From contig OZ219791.1 in the NCBI GenBank assembly GCA_964291215.2, positions 2,336,001 through 2,400,000 of the forward strand: DNA of 64,000 nucleotides, written 5' to 3'. This document shows, piece after piece, positions 52,894-63,000 of the stretch. Positions within the stretch are counted from its first letter, which is position 1. Each line of letters starts with the position of its first letter. The DNA is from Alphaproteobacteria bacterium. Its GTDB lineage: Bacteria; Pseudomonadota; Alphaproteobacteria; MPNO01; UBA830. The position numbers and the translations under genes are program-made. Below the pieces are notes generated by a model, which saw only the letters and a list, made by a program, of their open reading frames with translations, had not been told where the DNA came from and ran no database searches.

Positions 52894-53688
52894 ATGTCTG
52901 TCATGCCTGACAGAGACATATGGCTCCTGCCGCTGGTGGTCGCCGGGGCCTGCGCCGCCGGCATGGCGGTGCTGGTCGCCGGTATCGCGCTTGCGCTCGG
53001 CACGACCGGACACGACTGGTACGCGGCCTGGAAGTTCACGCTGGTCGAGGCCATGCTTGGCGTCGGCTTCAGCGACTACGGGATTGTCGATTACCGCACG
53101 GCGGCCGGCGAAGCCATTACTGTAGAACGTTATACACTCGCCCATGTCATGGACGAGGCGTGGTGGGCCCGCAGGCGGATATTCTCCCTGACGGTGGATC
53201 GCGCGGTGCTGTGCGCGTGCACGGGGCTTGCCCTGTTCGGGATGTGGATAGGGGTGGGAGCAGCGGTGCGCCTGCGACGGTTCGTGGGCGGGCGCGGGAC
53301 GGTCGTGGAGCCGGCGCCGCGGGTCCGGCGCGGATACGCGGGCCGGACGGAGCACCCGGACGATTGGAGCGACGGCGAACTGATCGCGGCGCTCGCTCGC
53401 CGGAGCGGCAGGGTCGGCGTGCTGTTGGTGTCCCCTGCCGAGGTCGAGCGGCTGTCGGGGGGCGGCGGCGATGCCGGTCGGTCCGCAATGCATCGGGAAT
53501 CGTTGCCGCCGGCATGGGCGCCGGGCCTGCCGTCGCCGGAGAGCGCGGAACCGGCCGGCGATGCCGCAGTCCCGGCCAAAACGGCCCCCGCCGATCCCGA
53601 AAGCCGCCCGGACAGGACGAAGACGGACAAGGCGCCCGGCGGCAAGGCGGTTGCGCGCAGGCGCGAGCCGGGCGAGCAATTCTACTGA
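52894..53688 (+). CDS. Hypothetical membrane protein, coupled to the relaxase gene
   Basis: Two hydrophobic segments; TGATG stop/start overlap with the relaxase. Confidence 0.6.
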   Translation: MSVMPDRDIWLLPLVVAGACAAGMAVLVAGIALALGTTGHDWYAAWKFTLVEAMLGVGFSDYGIVDYRTAAGEAITVERYTLAHVMDEAWWARRRIFSLTVDRAVLCACTGLALFGMWIGVGAAVRLRRFVGGRGTVVEPAPRVRRGYAGRTEHPDDWSDGELIAALARRSGRVGVLLVSPAEVERLSGGGGDAGRSAMHRESLPPAWAPGLPSPESAEPAGDAAVPAKTAPADPESRPDRTKTDKAPGGKAVARRREPGEQFY

Positions 53689-56624
53689 TGGTCGCCTCGA
53701 TCGGCGCCGTCGCCGCGCCGTCCCAGGGCGTGAGCTACTACGAGAGGGACGGCTATTACGCGAAGGACGATCCCGAGCACCGCGATGCCAGCGCCTGGGC
53801 CGGCAAGGGTGCGAAGGCGTTGGGCCTTTCCGGCCCGGTCGATCCGGACGCCTTCACGGCGATCCTTGAAGGCCGGGTGCCGGACGGCCCGCAACTGGGC
53901 CGTCCCGGCAAGGACGGCGATATCGTCCACCGGCCCGGCCGCGACCTCACCCTCTCGGTCCCGAAATCGGTCTCCCTCGCCGCGCTGGTGGGCGGCGACG
54001 CCCGCGTCGCCGAGGCGCACGGCCGGGCGGTGAAGCGGACTCTTGCCTGGGTCGAAAGGAACGTGATCAAGACCCGGATGAAGGCGCCGAACGGCGGGAG
54101 AATGGTCCGCGCCGGGGACCAGAAGGCGGTGATCGCCACCTTCACCCACGAGACCTCGCGCAACCTCGATCCGCAGCTCCACACCCATGCGGTGATCGCC
54201 AACATGGTGCAGGGCGAGGACGGCAAGTGGCGCACCATGGCCAACGAGAAGCTGTATTCCTCGAAGATGCTGATCGGCGCGCTCTACCGGGGCGAACTTG
54301 CGCGGGAACTTGCCTCGCTCGGCTACGGCATTGAGAAGACCCATACCGACGGGCGGTTCGAGATCGCGGGTGTCTCGCGGGAGGTGATCGATACCTTTTC
54401 CACCCGCCGCGCGGAGATCGAGGCGGCGATGGACGGGCGCGGCCTGGGCACGCCGGCGGAGAACCAGCGCGCCGCCCAGCGCGCGGCGCTGATGACACGG
54501 GCGGCGAAGCGCGATGTCGACCGCGCCGAACTGCGCGAGATGTGGCAGCGCCAGGCGGAGGGGCTGGGCTTCGACGCGAGGGCGCTGACGGCCGACGCGG
54601 TGGCGTGGAGTCACGGCGCCGGGGGTAGGGACCGCGAGGCTGGCAGGGACGCAGCACCGGACGGGGCGGCGGTTCGCCAGGGCGACCTGTTCGATCCCCC
54701 GCCGCAATATCCGGTGGACGCGGCGATGGCCTGGGCGGTGGACCACCTGTCCGAGCGCGAGGCGGTGTTCGCGAAGACCGACCTGCTTGCCGCCGCGCTC
54801 GCCTGGAAACCGGGATCGGTCAGCATCGGAGAAGCCGAGGCCGCCGTTGCGCGACTGGAGAAGGAAGGGACCCTGCATCCATGCGGCCTGCCGGCCTGGG
54901 GCGAATCGCTCACCACCGACAAGGCGGTGGCTGACGAAAAGGAGACCATCGCGCTGATGGAACGTGGCCAGGGTGCCTCGCGCCCCGTGATGCGCAGCTG
55001 GATCGCGGGGCCGCTCCTGCACAAGGGCCGCCTCACCGTGGGCCAGAAGGAAGCGGTGAAGACCATCCTGTCCTCGAAGGACCGGGTGGTCGGCGTGCAG
55101 GGCTATGCCGGCACCGGCAAGACCACCATGCTCGACCGCGCCCGACAGCTTGCCGCCAAGAGCGGCTACCGCACGATCGGCGTCGCGCCGTCCGCCTCGG
55201 CGGCGCGCACATTGGCTGCCGAAGCCGGGATCGAGACCGAGACCCTGCAACGCTTCCTCGCCCGCAATGCCGGCATCGCCGAGGGGCGGCTGACCCGCAA
55301 GGGCGCCAGGGAAATGCGTGCAGCCTTCCGCAAGACCGTGCTGGTGGTCGACGAGGGCTCGCTCGCCTCGACCGTCCAGGCCCGTGACCTGCTGCGGATC
55401 GCCGCCGCCATCCGCATCCCCCGCCTGGTGCTGGTCGGCGACCGGAAGCAGCTCGACGCGGTGGATGCGGGCAAGCCCTTCGCGCAGTTGCAGGCGGCGG
55501 GCATGAAGACGGCGGTCATGGACGAGATCCTGCGCCAGAAGGACGCCGACCTGAAGGAGGCGGTGCGCGCCAGCCTCGCGGGCGAGATCCGTAGGGCCTT
55601 CGGAAAGCTCGGCGACCGCATTGCCGAGGTGAAACCGGACAATCTCGCCGGCGCGGCCGCCGCGCGCTGGCTGAGGCTCTCCGCCCGCGAACGCGAAAAC
55701 ACCGGGCTGATGGCGCCGAGCCATGCGCTCCGCCGGGAGATCAACGGCCACATCCGCGAGCGCCTCGCCCGCGACGGCGTCATCCGCGGCCCCGCTTATC
55801 AAGCCGAGCGGCTGGTCTCCCACGGTTATACAAGTGCCGAGAAGGCAGTCGCGGCGAACTATGCTCCCGGCGATGTCGTCGCCTTCCACCGGGCTTATCG
55901 CAGCCTCGGCGTCGCCAAGGGCGACGAGCGCCGCGTCGCCGGGGTCGATCACCGCAAGGGCACGGTGATGCTGGAGGGGCCGGATAGTCAATCCGTCCCC
56001 TGGCGGCCGCGCCAGGTCGGGGCGAAGCGCGGCGGGGTCGAGGTCTACCGGACCGAGGCCCTGGAGCTCCGCGCCGGCGACCGCATCCGCTGGACCCGCA
56101 ACGACACCGGCCTCGGGCTGGTCAACAGCGACACGGTGGAGGTCATGCGAGTCCATGGTGACCGTGTCGCCTTCCGGCTCGGCGACGGCCGGACGCTGGA
56201 ACTCGGCAAGAGCGACCCGCAGCTGCGCCATCTCGACCATGCCTGGGCCTCGACCGTGCATGCATTTCAGGGGCGCACCGTCGATAACGTGATCGCGGTG
56301 ATGGAGGCGAAACACCCGAAACTGTCGACGCAGAAGAGCTTCTACGTCGAGATCAGCCGCGCCCGCCACAATGCGACGCTGGTCACGGACGATGCGAAAA
56401 CGCTCCGCGAGACCCTGGAAGTAGCCACCGGCGAGCGGATCTCAGCGCTTGAAGGGATCGGCGTGGCGGCAGCACTGACGCGCGCAGAGGAGAAATCGGC
56501 TGAACGCGAACGGACGCCGCAAGTAACGCCGCCGATGCGTCCGGGACAGAAAGAACGCGACGACGGGCCGGAGAATGCGCCCGCGCCAAGGCAGAAATCC
56601 GTGGAGATGGAACTCGGCATGTAG
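53688..56624 (+). CDS. trwC: MOBF conjugative relaxase-helicase (TrwC/TraI-like)
   Basis: YYERDGYY, DLTLSVPKSVS, HETSRNLDPQLHTH, FSTRR, QGYAGTGKT, VVDEGS, HAFQGRT. Confidence 0.93.
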   Translation: MVASIGAVAAPSQGVSYYERDGYYAKDDPEHRDASAWAGKGAKALGLSGPVDPDAFTAILEGRVPDGPQLGRPGKDGDIVHRPGRDLTLSVPKSVSLAALVGGDARVAEAHGRAVKRTLAWVERNVIKTRMKAPNGGRMVRAGDQKAVIATFTHETSRNLDPQLHTHAVIANMVQGEDGKWRTMANEKLYSSKMLIGALYRGELARELASLGYGIEKTHTDGRFEIAGVSREVIDTFSTRRAEIEAAMDGRGLGTPAENQRAAQRAALMTRAAKRDVDRAELREMWQRQAEGLGFDARALTADAVAWSHGAGGRDREAGRDAAPDGAAVRQGDLFDPPPQYPVDAAMAWAVDHLSEREAVFAKTDLLAAALAWKPGSVSIGEAEAAVARLEKEGTLHPCGLPAWGESLTTDKAVADEKETIALMERGQGASRPVMRSWIAGPLLHKGRLTVGQKEAVKTILSSKDRVVGVQGYAGTGKTTMLDRARQLAAKSGYRTIGVAPSASAARTLAAEAGIETETLQRFLARNAGIAEGRLTRKGAREMRAAFRKTVLVVDEGSLASTVQARDLLRIAAAIRIPRLVLVGDRKQLDAVDAGKPFAQLQAAGMKTAVMDEILRQKDADLKEAVRASLAGEIRRAFGKLGDRIAEVKPDNLAGAAAARWLRLSARERENTGLMAPSHALRREINGHIRERLARDGVIRGPAYQAERLVSHGYTSAEKAVAANYAPGDVVAFHRAYRSLGVAKGDERRVAGVDHRKGTVMLEGPDSQSVPWRPRQVGAKRGGVEVYRTEALELRAGDRIRWTRNDTGLGLVNSDTVEVMRVHGDRVAFRLGDGRTLELGKSDPQLRHLDHAWASTVHAFQGRTVDNVIAVMEAKHPKLSTQKSFYVEISRARHNATLVTDDAKTLRETLEVATGERISALEGIGVAAALTRAEEKSAERERTPQVTPPMRPGQKERDDGPENAPAPRQKSVEMELGM

Positions 56625-56675
56625 TCGGCACGGCTCCCGGCCATCCGAGCAGCCGTATTGATGAGCCGTCCACTG

Positions 56676-56709
56676 GAACTTCAATCCGCCACCAAGTTGA
56701 AATCCGGGT
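56676..56709 (+). repeat. 34-bp direct repeat, copy 2
   Basis: GAACTTCAATCCGCCACCAAGTTGAAATCCGGGT. Confidence 0.75.
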
Positions 56710-56720
56710 AACTCTCCCGC

Positions 56721-59700
56721 TTACGTTTCAATTCCCATCCAGCATAGCAAGTCTATGTCGTCTCGCTGGATCGGAGGGAGCGGTTCCGGCGGTCTTGCCG
56801 CCTCCAGCCCGGTCGCATGTATCTGCTCGATCAGAAACCGTGAATGAGCGGCGCCAGCATGGTCCGTGTTTTCAAACCACTCGCGTAACAGGATCTCCTC
56901 TCGCCTGGGCCACGGCGCTTCAAGAATATCGACGGCCCCGTCGATCCGGGAGGCAGTCATGTCGGGAGGCGGGTTTTCGCGGATAAACGCGGCAACACGG
57001 TGATTGAGCGGCCTCACCTTCGGCTGCAGGTTGATCGGGTCGGTGCTCCACGTCCACTCGGAATGGATATCCGCCTGTGCGACGGCCCAGAAATCATAAA
57101 CGCGCTCCTGCAGGCTATCCGGAAACCAGACCGGCGTATCCGCTTCGCACTCGATCAACCGCAGACAGGTGCCGATCTCACGGATCACCGATCCTGCCTG
57201 GTCCGAGACGTCCCAGTCCTTGTCCGCCGGCACAAAACGCAGGAAGGTGCGCTCGCCGACAACGGCACAGAAAAAGACGCCCCGGCGTTCGCCCTTCACC
57301 ATGCCCGATCCGATCTTCCACGGGAGACCGATAATGCTCTGGCGATCCTCTTGCAGCGCCTTGCGAAGCGTCTGGCGGTATTCTTCGCCGCTTTGCGCCG
57401 CGCCCGGTGTGGCGCCCCGCTCATAGAGGGAGGCATCCTCCTTCAAGAGCTTCTCGATCTCGTCCCTCGTCTCCGCGAAGACCTGCCGCCCGTGCGCTGC
57501 ACCCTCGATGGGAGCCTCGACACCGACGCTGGCCGCCGCCATGGCCAGCTTGTCGAGGATCCGCTGTTCCAGTTTGAGAAGCCGATCCAGGCGGTCGGCC
57601 GGGAAGATCGTGCGCAGGAACACGCGGTCGTGCGGGCTGCCTATGCGGTCGATGCGCCCGTGCCGCTGCACCAGGCGCATCGGGTTCCAGGGCATATCGA
57701 AATTGACGATGTGCCGGCATTGCTGGAGGTTGACGCCTTCGGCCAGAACATCGGTGGAGATCAGAAGGTCGTACATGTCGGCGTCCCGGCCAGCAGGTGC
57801 CTCCATCGAGACCGGCGCAAAGCCCTGCACAGCCTGTTGCCGGGAGACTTCGGCCAGCTCTCCCGATCCGCTGACGGCGACCATACGCCCGCGATAGGAG
57901 ACAATTTCAGGTTTGCGGTCGAATTCCTCTTCAAGGAAGTTCCGTATCCATTCGACGGTATCCTCGAAGAACGAGAAAACCAGCACCTTGCGTTTCTGTG
58001 CTTCGTCGATGCCGTCGGTTGCCTCGCTTTCAGCTTGAAGCGCGATCGCAACCAGGGCGTCCGCCAGCGCCCTGAGTTTCGGATCCCGGTCTGGCGCGAT
58101 TTCGGCTGCCCGGCCTGCAAGCGCCCGCAACAGGTCCCGGTCGTGCTCAACATCGCGGCGCAGGCGCTCAACATCATAGAGGGCAGCTTCGGTTCGGTGT
58201 TCGGTTCCCAAAAGGACATCCTCGAATACCGCCTCGTCATCGGCAGAAAGTTCCTTCATGAACGCGGTGGTGACCACGTAGCCGGCATCCAGAGCGTCGA
58301 GGAACGCCCCGTGCTCTTCCGCCATCTTCGCCGCGGTCTTGCGGAAGGCGAAGGCCGAGGATTCAAAGCGTTTCAGGAGACCGGAACGCAAAAGCCCCGC
58401 AAGCGCCCGCGCCCGGGCCTCCTCCTCGGGCTCGGCGCCTTCGCGCAGATAGAGGTCAGGCATGTAGCGGGAGAAGGCGATCGCATCGGGGCTCTCCGGA
58501 TCGAGGGCCGCCTCCAGCCGGTCGAAGAAGCCCGGCAGCATTTCGTCGAGGTTGTAGCGGACGCTGACGGCCTGAGGCGCCGGGAACACGATCGGCGTCG
58601 GAGCGCCGTCCGGGCCGGTAATGTTGTCGCCCGCATAGTGTCTTCTGACGAACTCGCGGGTTCGTTTGACCGTGGTGGCGTCGATGATCGGATAGAGCAG
58701 GTCCGGGTTGAGGTTCGCCGGATCCTCACGCATGGCGGCCACGAACCGCTGTCGGATCGAAGTGATGCCCCTGTCAGCGAAGTGGGCATCCTGGCGAACG
58801 AAGAAACGGACAAGGTGGAAAAGGTCCCAGAGCGAGTTGTTCACCGGCGTCGCCGTCATCAGGAGCAGGTCGCGCCGCTGGCCGAACATCAGCCGTCTCA
58901 GCGCCGCCGCGCGGGTCGGCGCATCGGGGTTGCGGTAGTTGTGCGCCTCGTCGACGATTACAAGCTGGTATTCGTCCAAGGGCCGCCGTAGTTTTTGCTG
59001 GTTGGCGTTTGGTCGCTGGGCATCACGTAACTGTTCATCGCTCGCCAGTTCCTCAAAGGAAAGGCATTCGACAAACAGCTGGAACCGGGTCAGGAATTGT
59101 CTCCAGGTGCTGTCGCGCAATGAGGCCGGACAAATGAGCAAGGCCCGTTGTCGGCACTCACGGTAGATCTGCAGTATTTCGCCGGCAATGAAGGTCTTCC
59201 CGAGCCCCACCTCGTCGGCGACGATCGCGCCGCCGGTTTCCCGGATCAGGCGCAAGGCCCGCGCCACGCCGTGTTTCTGAAAGCTGGTAAGGGGCAGGTC
59301 GCCGTCGCTTCCAGCGTCCTCCTCGACCTCCTGGCCGTAGAGTTGCCACAGTACCCGAATGAAAATCTCCCAGGGCGTGCATGGCCGCAGCGCTTCCTCG
59401 AATATGGCGGCGAGGTCGTAGGGTTCGGCCTCCTCCCAGAGATGGTCGAACCACTGTCTCGCCTGCCCGGCAACCGGACGGGCGCAATGACCGAGATTCA
59501 ACTCCAGATTGCCGGTGAGCCCGGCGCTGGTGAGGTTCGACGAGCCGGCAATGATCCCTTCGGGCCCGGCAACGGCTTCGTTTGCTGAAGTGAAGATATA
59601 GGCCTTGGCGTGCAGGAATGCCTGCTCGTAGCGCCGGACCTCCATATTCCCGGCCTGCAGCGCCGCGATCAGCTTGCGCAGCGCCGCTCCGCTGGCCCGC

Positions 59701-60059
59701 GTGAATGGCAGACGGTCCCGCTCCCACAGCAGGGCCTCCTCCATGCGGTTAAGCCCGGTCCGCAGGCGTCGGTGTTCGAAGGCCGACCCGGTCTCGTTCA
59801 GGTGCCGGCGTTCCGGCGGCGTGCGCGCCGCCATGTCCGCCCCCAGCATCAGACGAACCGTGGGGACCCGCCTCAGCCGGTCGGCAATGTGGGCGAAGCC
59901 GGCAGGGCTGAAGAAGGCCGTGGCGATGCGCACCTCGTCGGGTGGTATGTCTACTTCAGCCAAGGCGTGCTCACCGGCCTGCATGCCCCCCAGCACCTGA
60001 TTCAATGCGTGTGCGAGCGTGTTGCCGTCCTGGTTGTCGATGAACTGCGGGTCGGACAT
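56721..60059 (-). CDS. PLD-nuclease / SNF2-like helicase fusion
   Basis: FLHAKAYIF...GSSNLT (PLD); ADEVGLGKT, DEAH, TATP, EGVNLQ, PWNPMRLVQRHGRIDRIG. Confidence 0.9.
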   Translation of the reverse strand: MSDPQFIDNQDGNTLAHALNQVLGGMQAGEHALAEVDIPPDEVRIATAFFSPAGFAHIADRLRRVPTVRLMLGADMAARTPPERRHLNETGSAFEHRRLRTGLNRMEEALLWERDRLPFTRASGAALRKLIAALQAGNMEVRRYEQAFLHAKAYIFTSANEAVAGPEGIIAGSSNLTSAGLTGNLELNLGHCARPVAGQARQWFDHLWEEAEPYDLAAIFEEALRPCTPWEIFIRVLWQLYGQEVEEDAGSDGDLPLTSFQKHGVARALRLIRETGGAIVADEVGLGKTFIAGEILQIYRECRQRALLICPASLRDSTWRQFLTRFQLFVECLSFEELASDEQLRDAQRPNANQQKLRRPLDEYQLVIVDEAHNYRNPDAPTRAAALRRLMFGQRRDLLLMTATPVNNSLWDLFHLVRFFVRQDAHFADRGITSIRQRFVAAMREDPANLNPDLLYPIIDATTVKRTREFVRRHYAGDNITGPDGAPTPIVFPAPQAVSVRYNLDEMLPGFFDRLEAALDPESPDAIAFSRYMPDLYLREGAEPEEEARARALAGLLRSGLLKRFESSAFAFRKTAAKMAEEHGAFLDALDAGYVVTTAFMKELSADDEAVFEDVLLGTEHRTEAALYDVERLRRDVEHDRDLLRALAGRAAEIAPDRDPKLRALADALVAIALQAESEATDGIDEAQKRKVLVFSFFEDTVEWIRNFLEEEFDRKPEIVSYRGRMVAVSGSGELAEVSRQQAVQGFAPVSMEAPAGRDADMYDLLISTDVLAEGVNLQQCRHIVNFDMPWNPMRLVQRHGRIDRIGSPHDRVFLRTIFPADRLDRLLKLEQRILDKLAMAAASVGVEAPIEGAAHGRQVFAETRDEIEKLLKEDASLYERGATPGAAQSGEEYRQTLRKALQEDRQSIIGLPWKIGSGMVKGERRGVFFCAVVGERTFLRFVPADKDWDVSDQAGSVIREIGTCLRLIECEADTPVWFPDSLQERVYDFWAVAQADIHSEWTWSTDPINLQPKVRPLNHRVAAFIRENPPPDMTASRIDGAVDILEAPWPRREEILLREWFENTDHAGAAHSRFLIEQIHATGLEAARPPEPLPPIQRDDIDLLCWMGIET

Positions 60060-63000
60060 TCAGCGCGTCCCGGCCCAGGAACGGTAATGACGCAGCACTG
60101 CGTCCAGGCGGCACTGGTAGTTCCAGCCGTCGTGGAAGGTCTCGAAGACATGAACGAGCTGGGATTCGCTCAACCCGTAGAGATGCGCGGCCACGGCATC
60201 AAGCTCGTGGATCATGTCGTTCTTCTCGTCGGCGGCCAGCGGTCCCCATTCAACGCCGACGGCTTCCGCCCAGCCGGCAAAGCGGTCGTCGGGGCACGCC
60301 AGACGCCCGGCGACTGCGACCACACGTTTCCACCTCGTACAGTCGCGCGGCGGGCGCGGGATGGGGAACGGATTGAAGACGAAATAGTTGACGTGAGTCT
60401 CAACAAAGCGGCGCGCATACCAGTCGAGCGGAATGGAGGAAAGCACGCCGAGAAGGAACGCTTGATCTTGTTTGTCACCGCGAGGCCAGAGCAAATAAGG
60501 TGCTTGGTTGGCGATGAACACCTTCGGAGGAATCAGGCAAGCGATGATGGTTCTGCCATCCGTTGCCCTCGCCACATCGCGGAACGCGATCCGGGGGGCA
60601 AAACACGGCAAGGTTGAACGGTCGCGACGATATTCGGCGTCGAACTCTCGATGAGGGCTGTCGCCTTTCCGGTTTCCGGCTCGTATCCGTTTCCCCAAAA
60701 TCCATTCGATGGCAGGCTCCGGATCGGCCCAAGCGTAATAGATCCCGGTATCCGGGTTCCAGAGATCGAAGGACTCGCCCTTGTAAACCGGCCAGTAGCC
60801 GTCCGCACGATCTTTGCCCGCGAAGGTCATCAGCGGCTTTTGCGCGGTAGCGTGGAGTTCGGTATCCGGCCGGGCGCGCCATTGCGGGCAGTCCGGTCGA
60901 ACGTCATGAGCGCCTTCTGCTGAGTGGCGTCCATTTCCCGGTCGGGACGGGCTCGCCACGTTACCCCCCCCCCCCCGTTCCTGTAATGTTCACATCAAGG
61001 CGCGGAGCCCTGCGGATCTGGGCAAAAACCTCGATGGAATCAGGCTTCGGGAGTAACGGAAGGGACGCGGTGTCGTTCCAGTCCAGGATCTCCTCACGGT
61101 CGAATGCGGCTGCGGTCTGCATGACCCCATCCCGGAAGGAAGGCAGGGAAGCGAAGGGGCCGCGCAAACGGACCGCTTTCTCTTTCGGAGCACCGAGCGC
61201 AATGCAGAGGAGGCCGATGGTGTATTGGGGTGTCACGTTTTCAAACACCCAACCCCGCCGATTCTTCAATGTCACAACATCCATATACGCTGCTTGTTCG
61301 AAAAGCGATTGGCGAAACTCGGTCGACCCCTTGGCGGCCAGCGCACTGCGAGGAAGGACAACACCGATGCGCCCGCCGTCCGCCGCGGTCAGATGCCAGA
61401 AACGCCAACAAAAGGCCTTGTACAGATCGGGGTCGCCGGTCCCCATGCCGGGGTAACCGCCTCCGACCAGGACCTTGCGTACACGGTCCGTCTCGGCGCG
61501 CTCGGCCTCGTACGCCGCGACCAGATCGGGCCTTGCTCCCCGCAACCGCGCCTGTTCCGCTTCGCGCGCCTGGGACGAAAGCCCCCGCAAGCCGGGGAAA
61601 TGACGGGCCCAGAACGCATGCTTTTCAAGCGTCGCTTCCTGCCACGGCGGGTTGCCCAGAATTACATCGAAGCCGGGGCGGTTGCGCAGAAACACTTCCG
61701 GGAAAGCAACCGGGAAATGCAGCGGATGAAGATCGGCAAGTTCCTGGCGTGCGGAGCGAACCGTTCCGTGCGTCTCGAAATCTTCCTTCAGGTCATCCCA
61801 TCGCTCGAAACCGAATCCTACGACTTTTTCGTCAGAGGAGACCGGCGCAGCGGTAATCAGGTCGCAGAGAGCCTCCGTCTGTCCAATTGCCCGGTGCGCC
61901 TCCTGCATGGCCTCGCGGGCGGCTGCAATATCCTGCAGTGTAGCGTCGTTGAGATTGGCAAGCCGTTTGAGGGGTTTTGCCGCTTCCCCCAGCAGGCTTT
62001 CGGCGTCGACCGCAAACAATGTCCCGGCCGCCCTCTCAAACTTCTTCCGGATGTCATCGATCGTGCCGACGCCGACCAGGGCATTGCCGTGAACCAGCGT
62101 GTGGTCGAGCACCGACAGCGGAAGTCCCGGGACAAATGTATGGATCCAGACGGCCAATCTGGCGAGTTGTACGGACAGCGGGTTGAGGTCAACACCGTAA
62201 ACGCAGCGGCGTGCGATCATGCGCCTGAGAAGCTGACCGTCCTCGATGGTTGCCGCTTCGGCCAGTTCGCCGAGTTCCCCAAGCGCAACCCCCCGCAGTT
62301 TGGCCAGTTCCCGACGGACGCCCGGCAGGTCGTGATTCGTAAGATAATCCGCCATGCCCTTCTCGATCCGGTCTATGGCCGCAATCAGGAAATGGCCCGA
62401 GCCCATGGCGATATCCGCCACCCGGAAATCGAAAAACGCCTCCGCTGCTCCGGTATCGTCCATGGCGTCCAACCGGGAGAAATGCTCGGCAAGCGCCGGT
62501 TCCAGCGCCCCGTCCAGCAGATGCTCGACCGCAAACGGCTTGGTGTAGTAACCGCCAGACGATTTGCGCGCGCCGGACCGGTTGTGGAGATAAACCTCTC
62601 CCTTCTTCACCGTGACCGTCGAGCCCGGTCGGGCAGGGAGATAAACACCCTTGTTGTCCAGCGCGAGGTCGCTTGCGGCCAGAGCCAGCTCGGACTCCAG
62701 CAGGCCTTCGTAAATCGTGCCGAACTCGCGCACGCCGAGAGACCGGAAATCGACAGGCCCCGGCGTACCCTCCGGGGTCTCGATGACGAGCAGCGCTCGC
62801 AGCGCCACCTCGAAGACCGCATTCGGCAGGTCGAGCTTCGCCAGATCGGCACCGGCGTGCGATACGTCAGGATTGTCGCTGAACAGGCCGCCATTGTAGG
62901 CGGGCACGCCCCATTCCCCATTTCCGGCGGCCACTGCCTGCCACAGCAGGGTGACTTCCTGCCAGTGCGAGCTTCCCTGGGCGATCTCAATGCCCTTGAT

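Noticed and set aside
52920-53687. N-terminal extension of the relaxase (1234-aa ORF call)
   Set aside because: MOBF motifs start at ATG 53688; the upstream part overlaps another plausible gene and is low-complexity
60822-60958. Diversity-generating retroelement TR/VR pair
   Set aside because: Differences are not adenine-specific, many are synonymous third positions, and no reverse transcriptase is in the window
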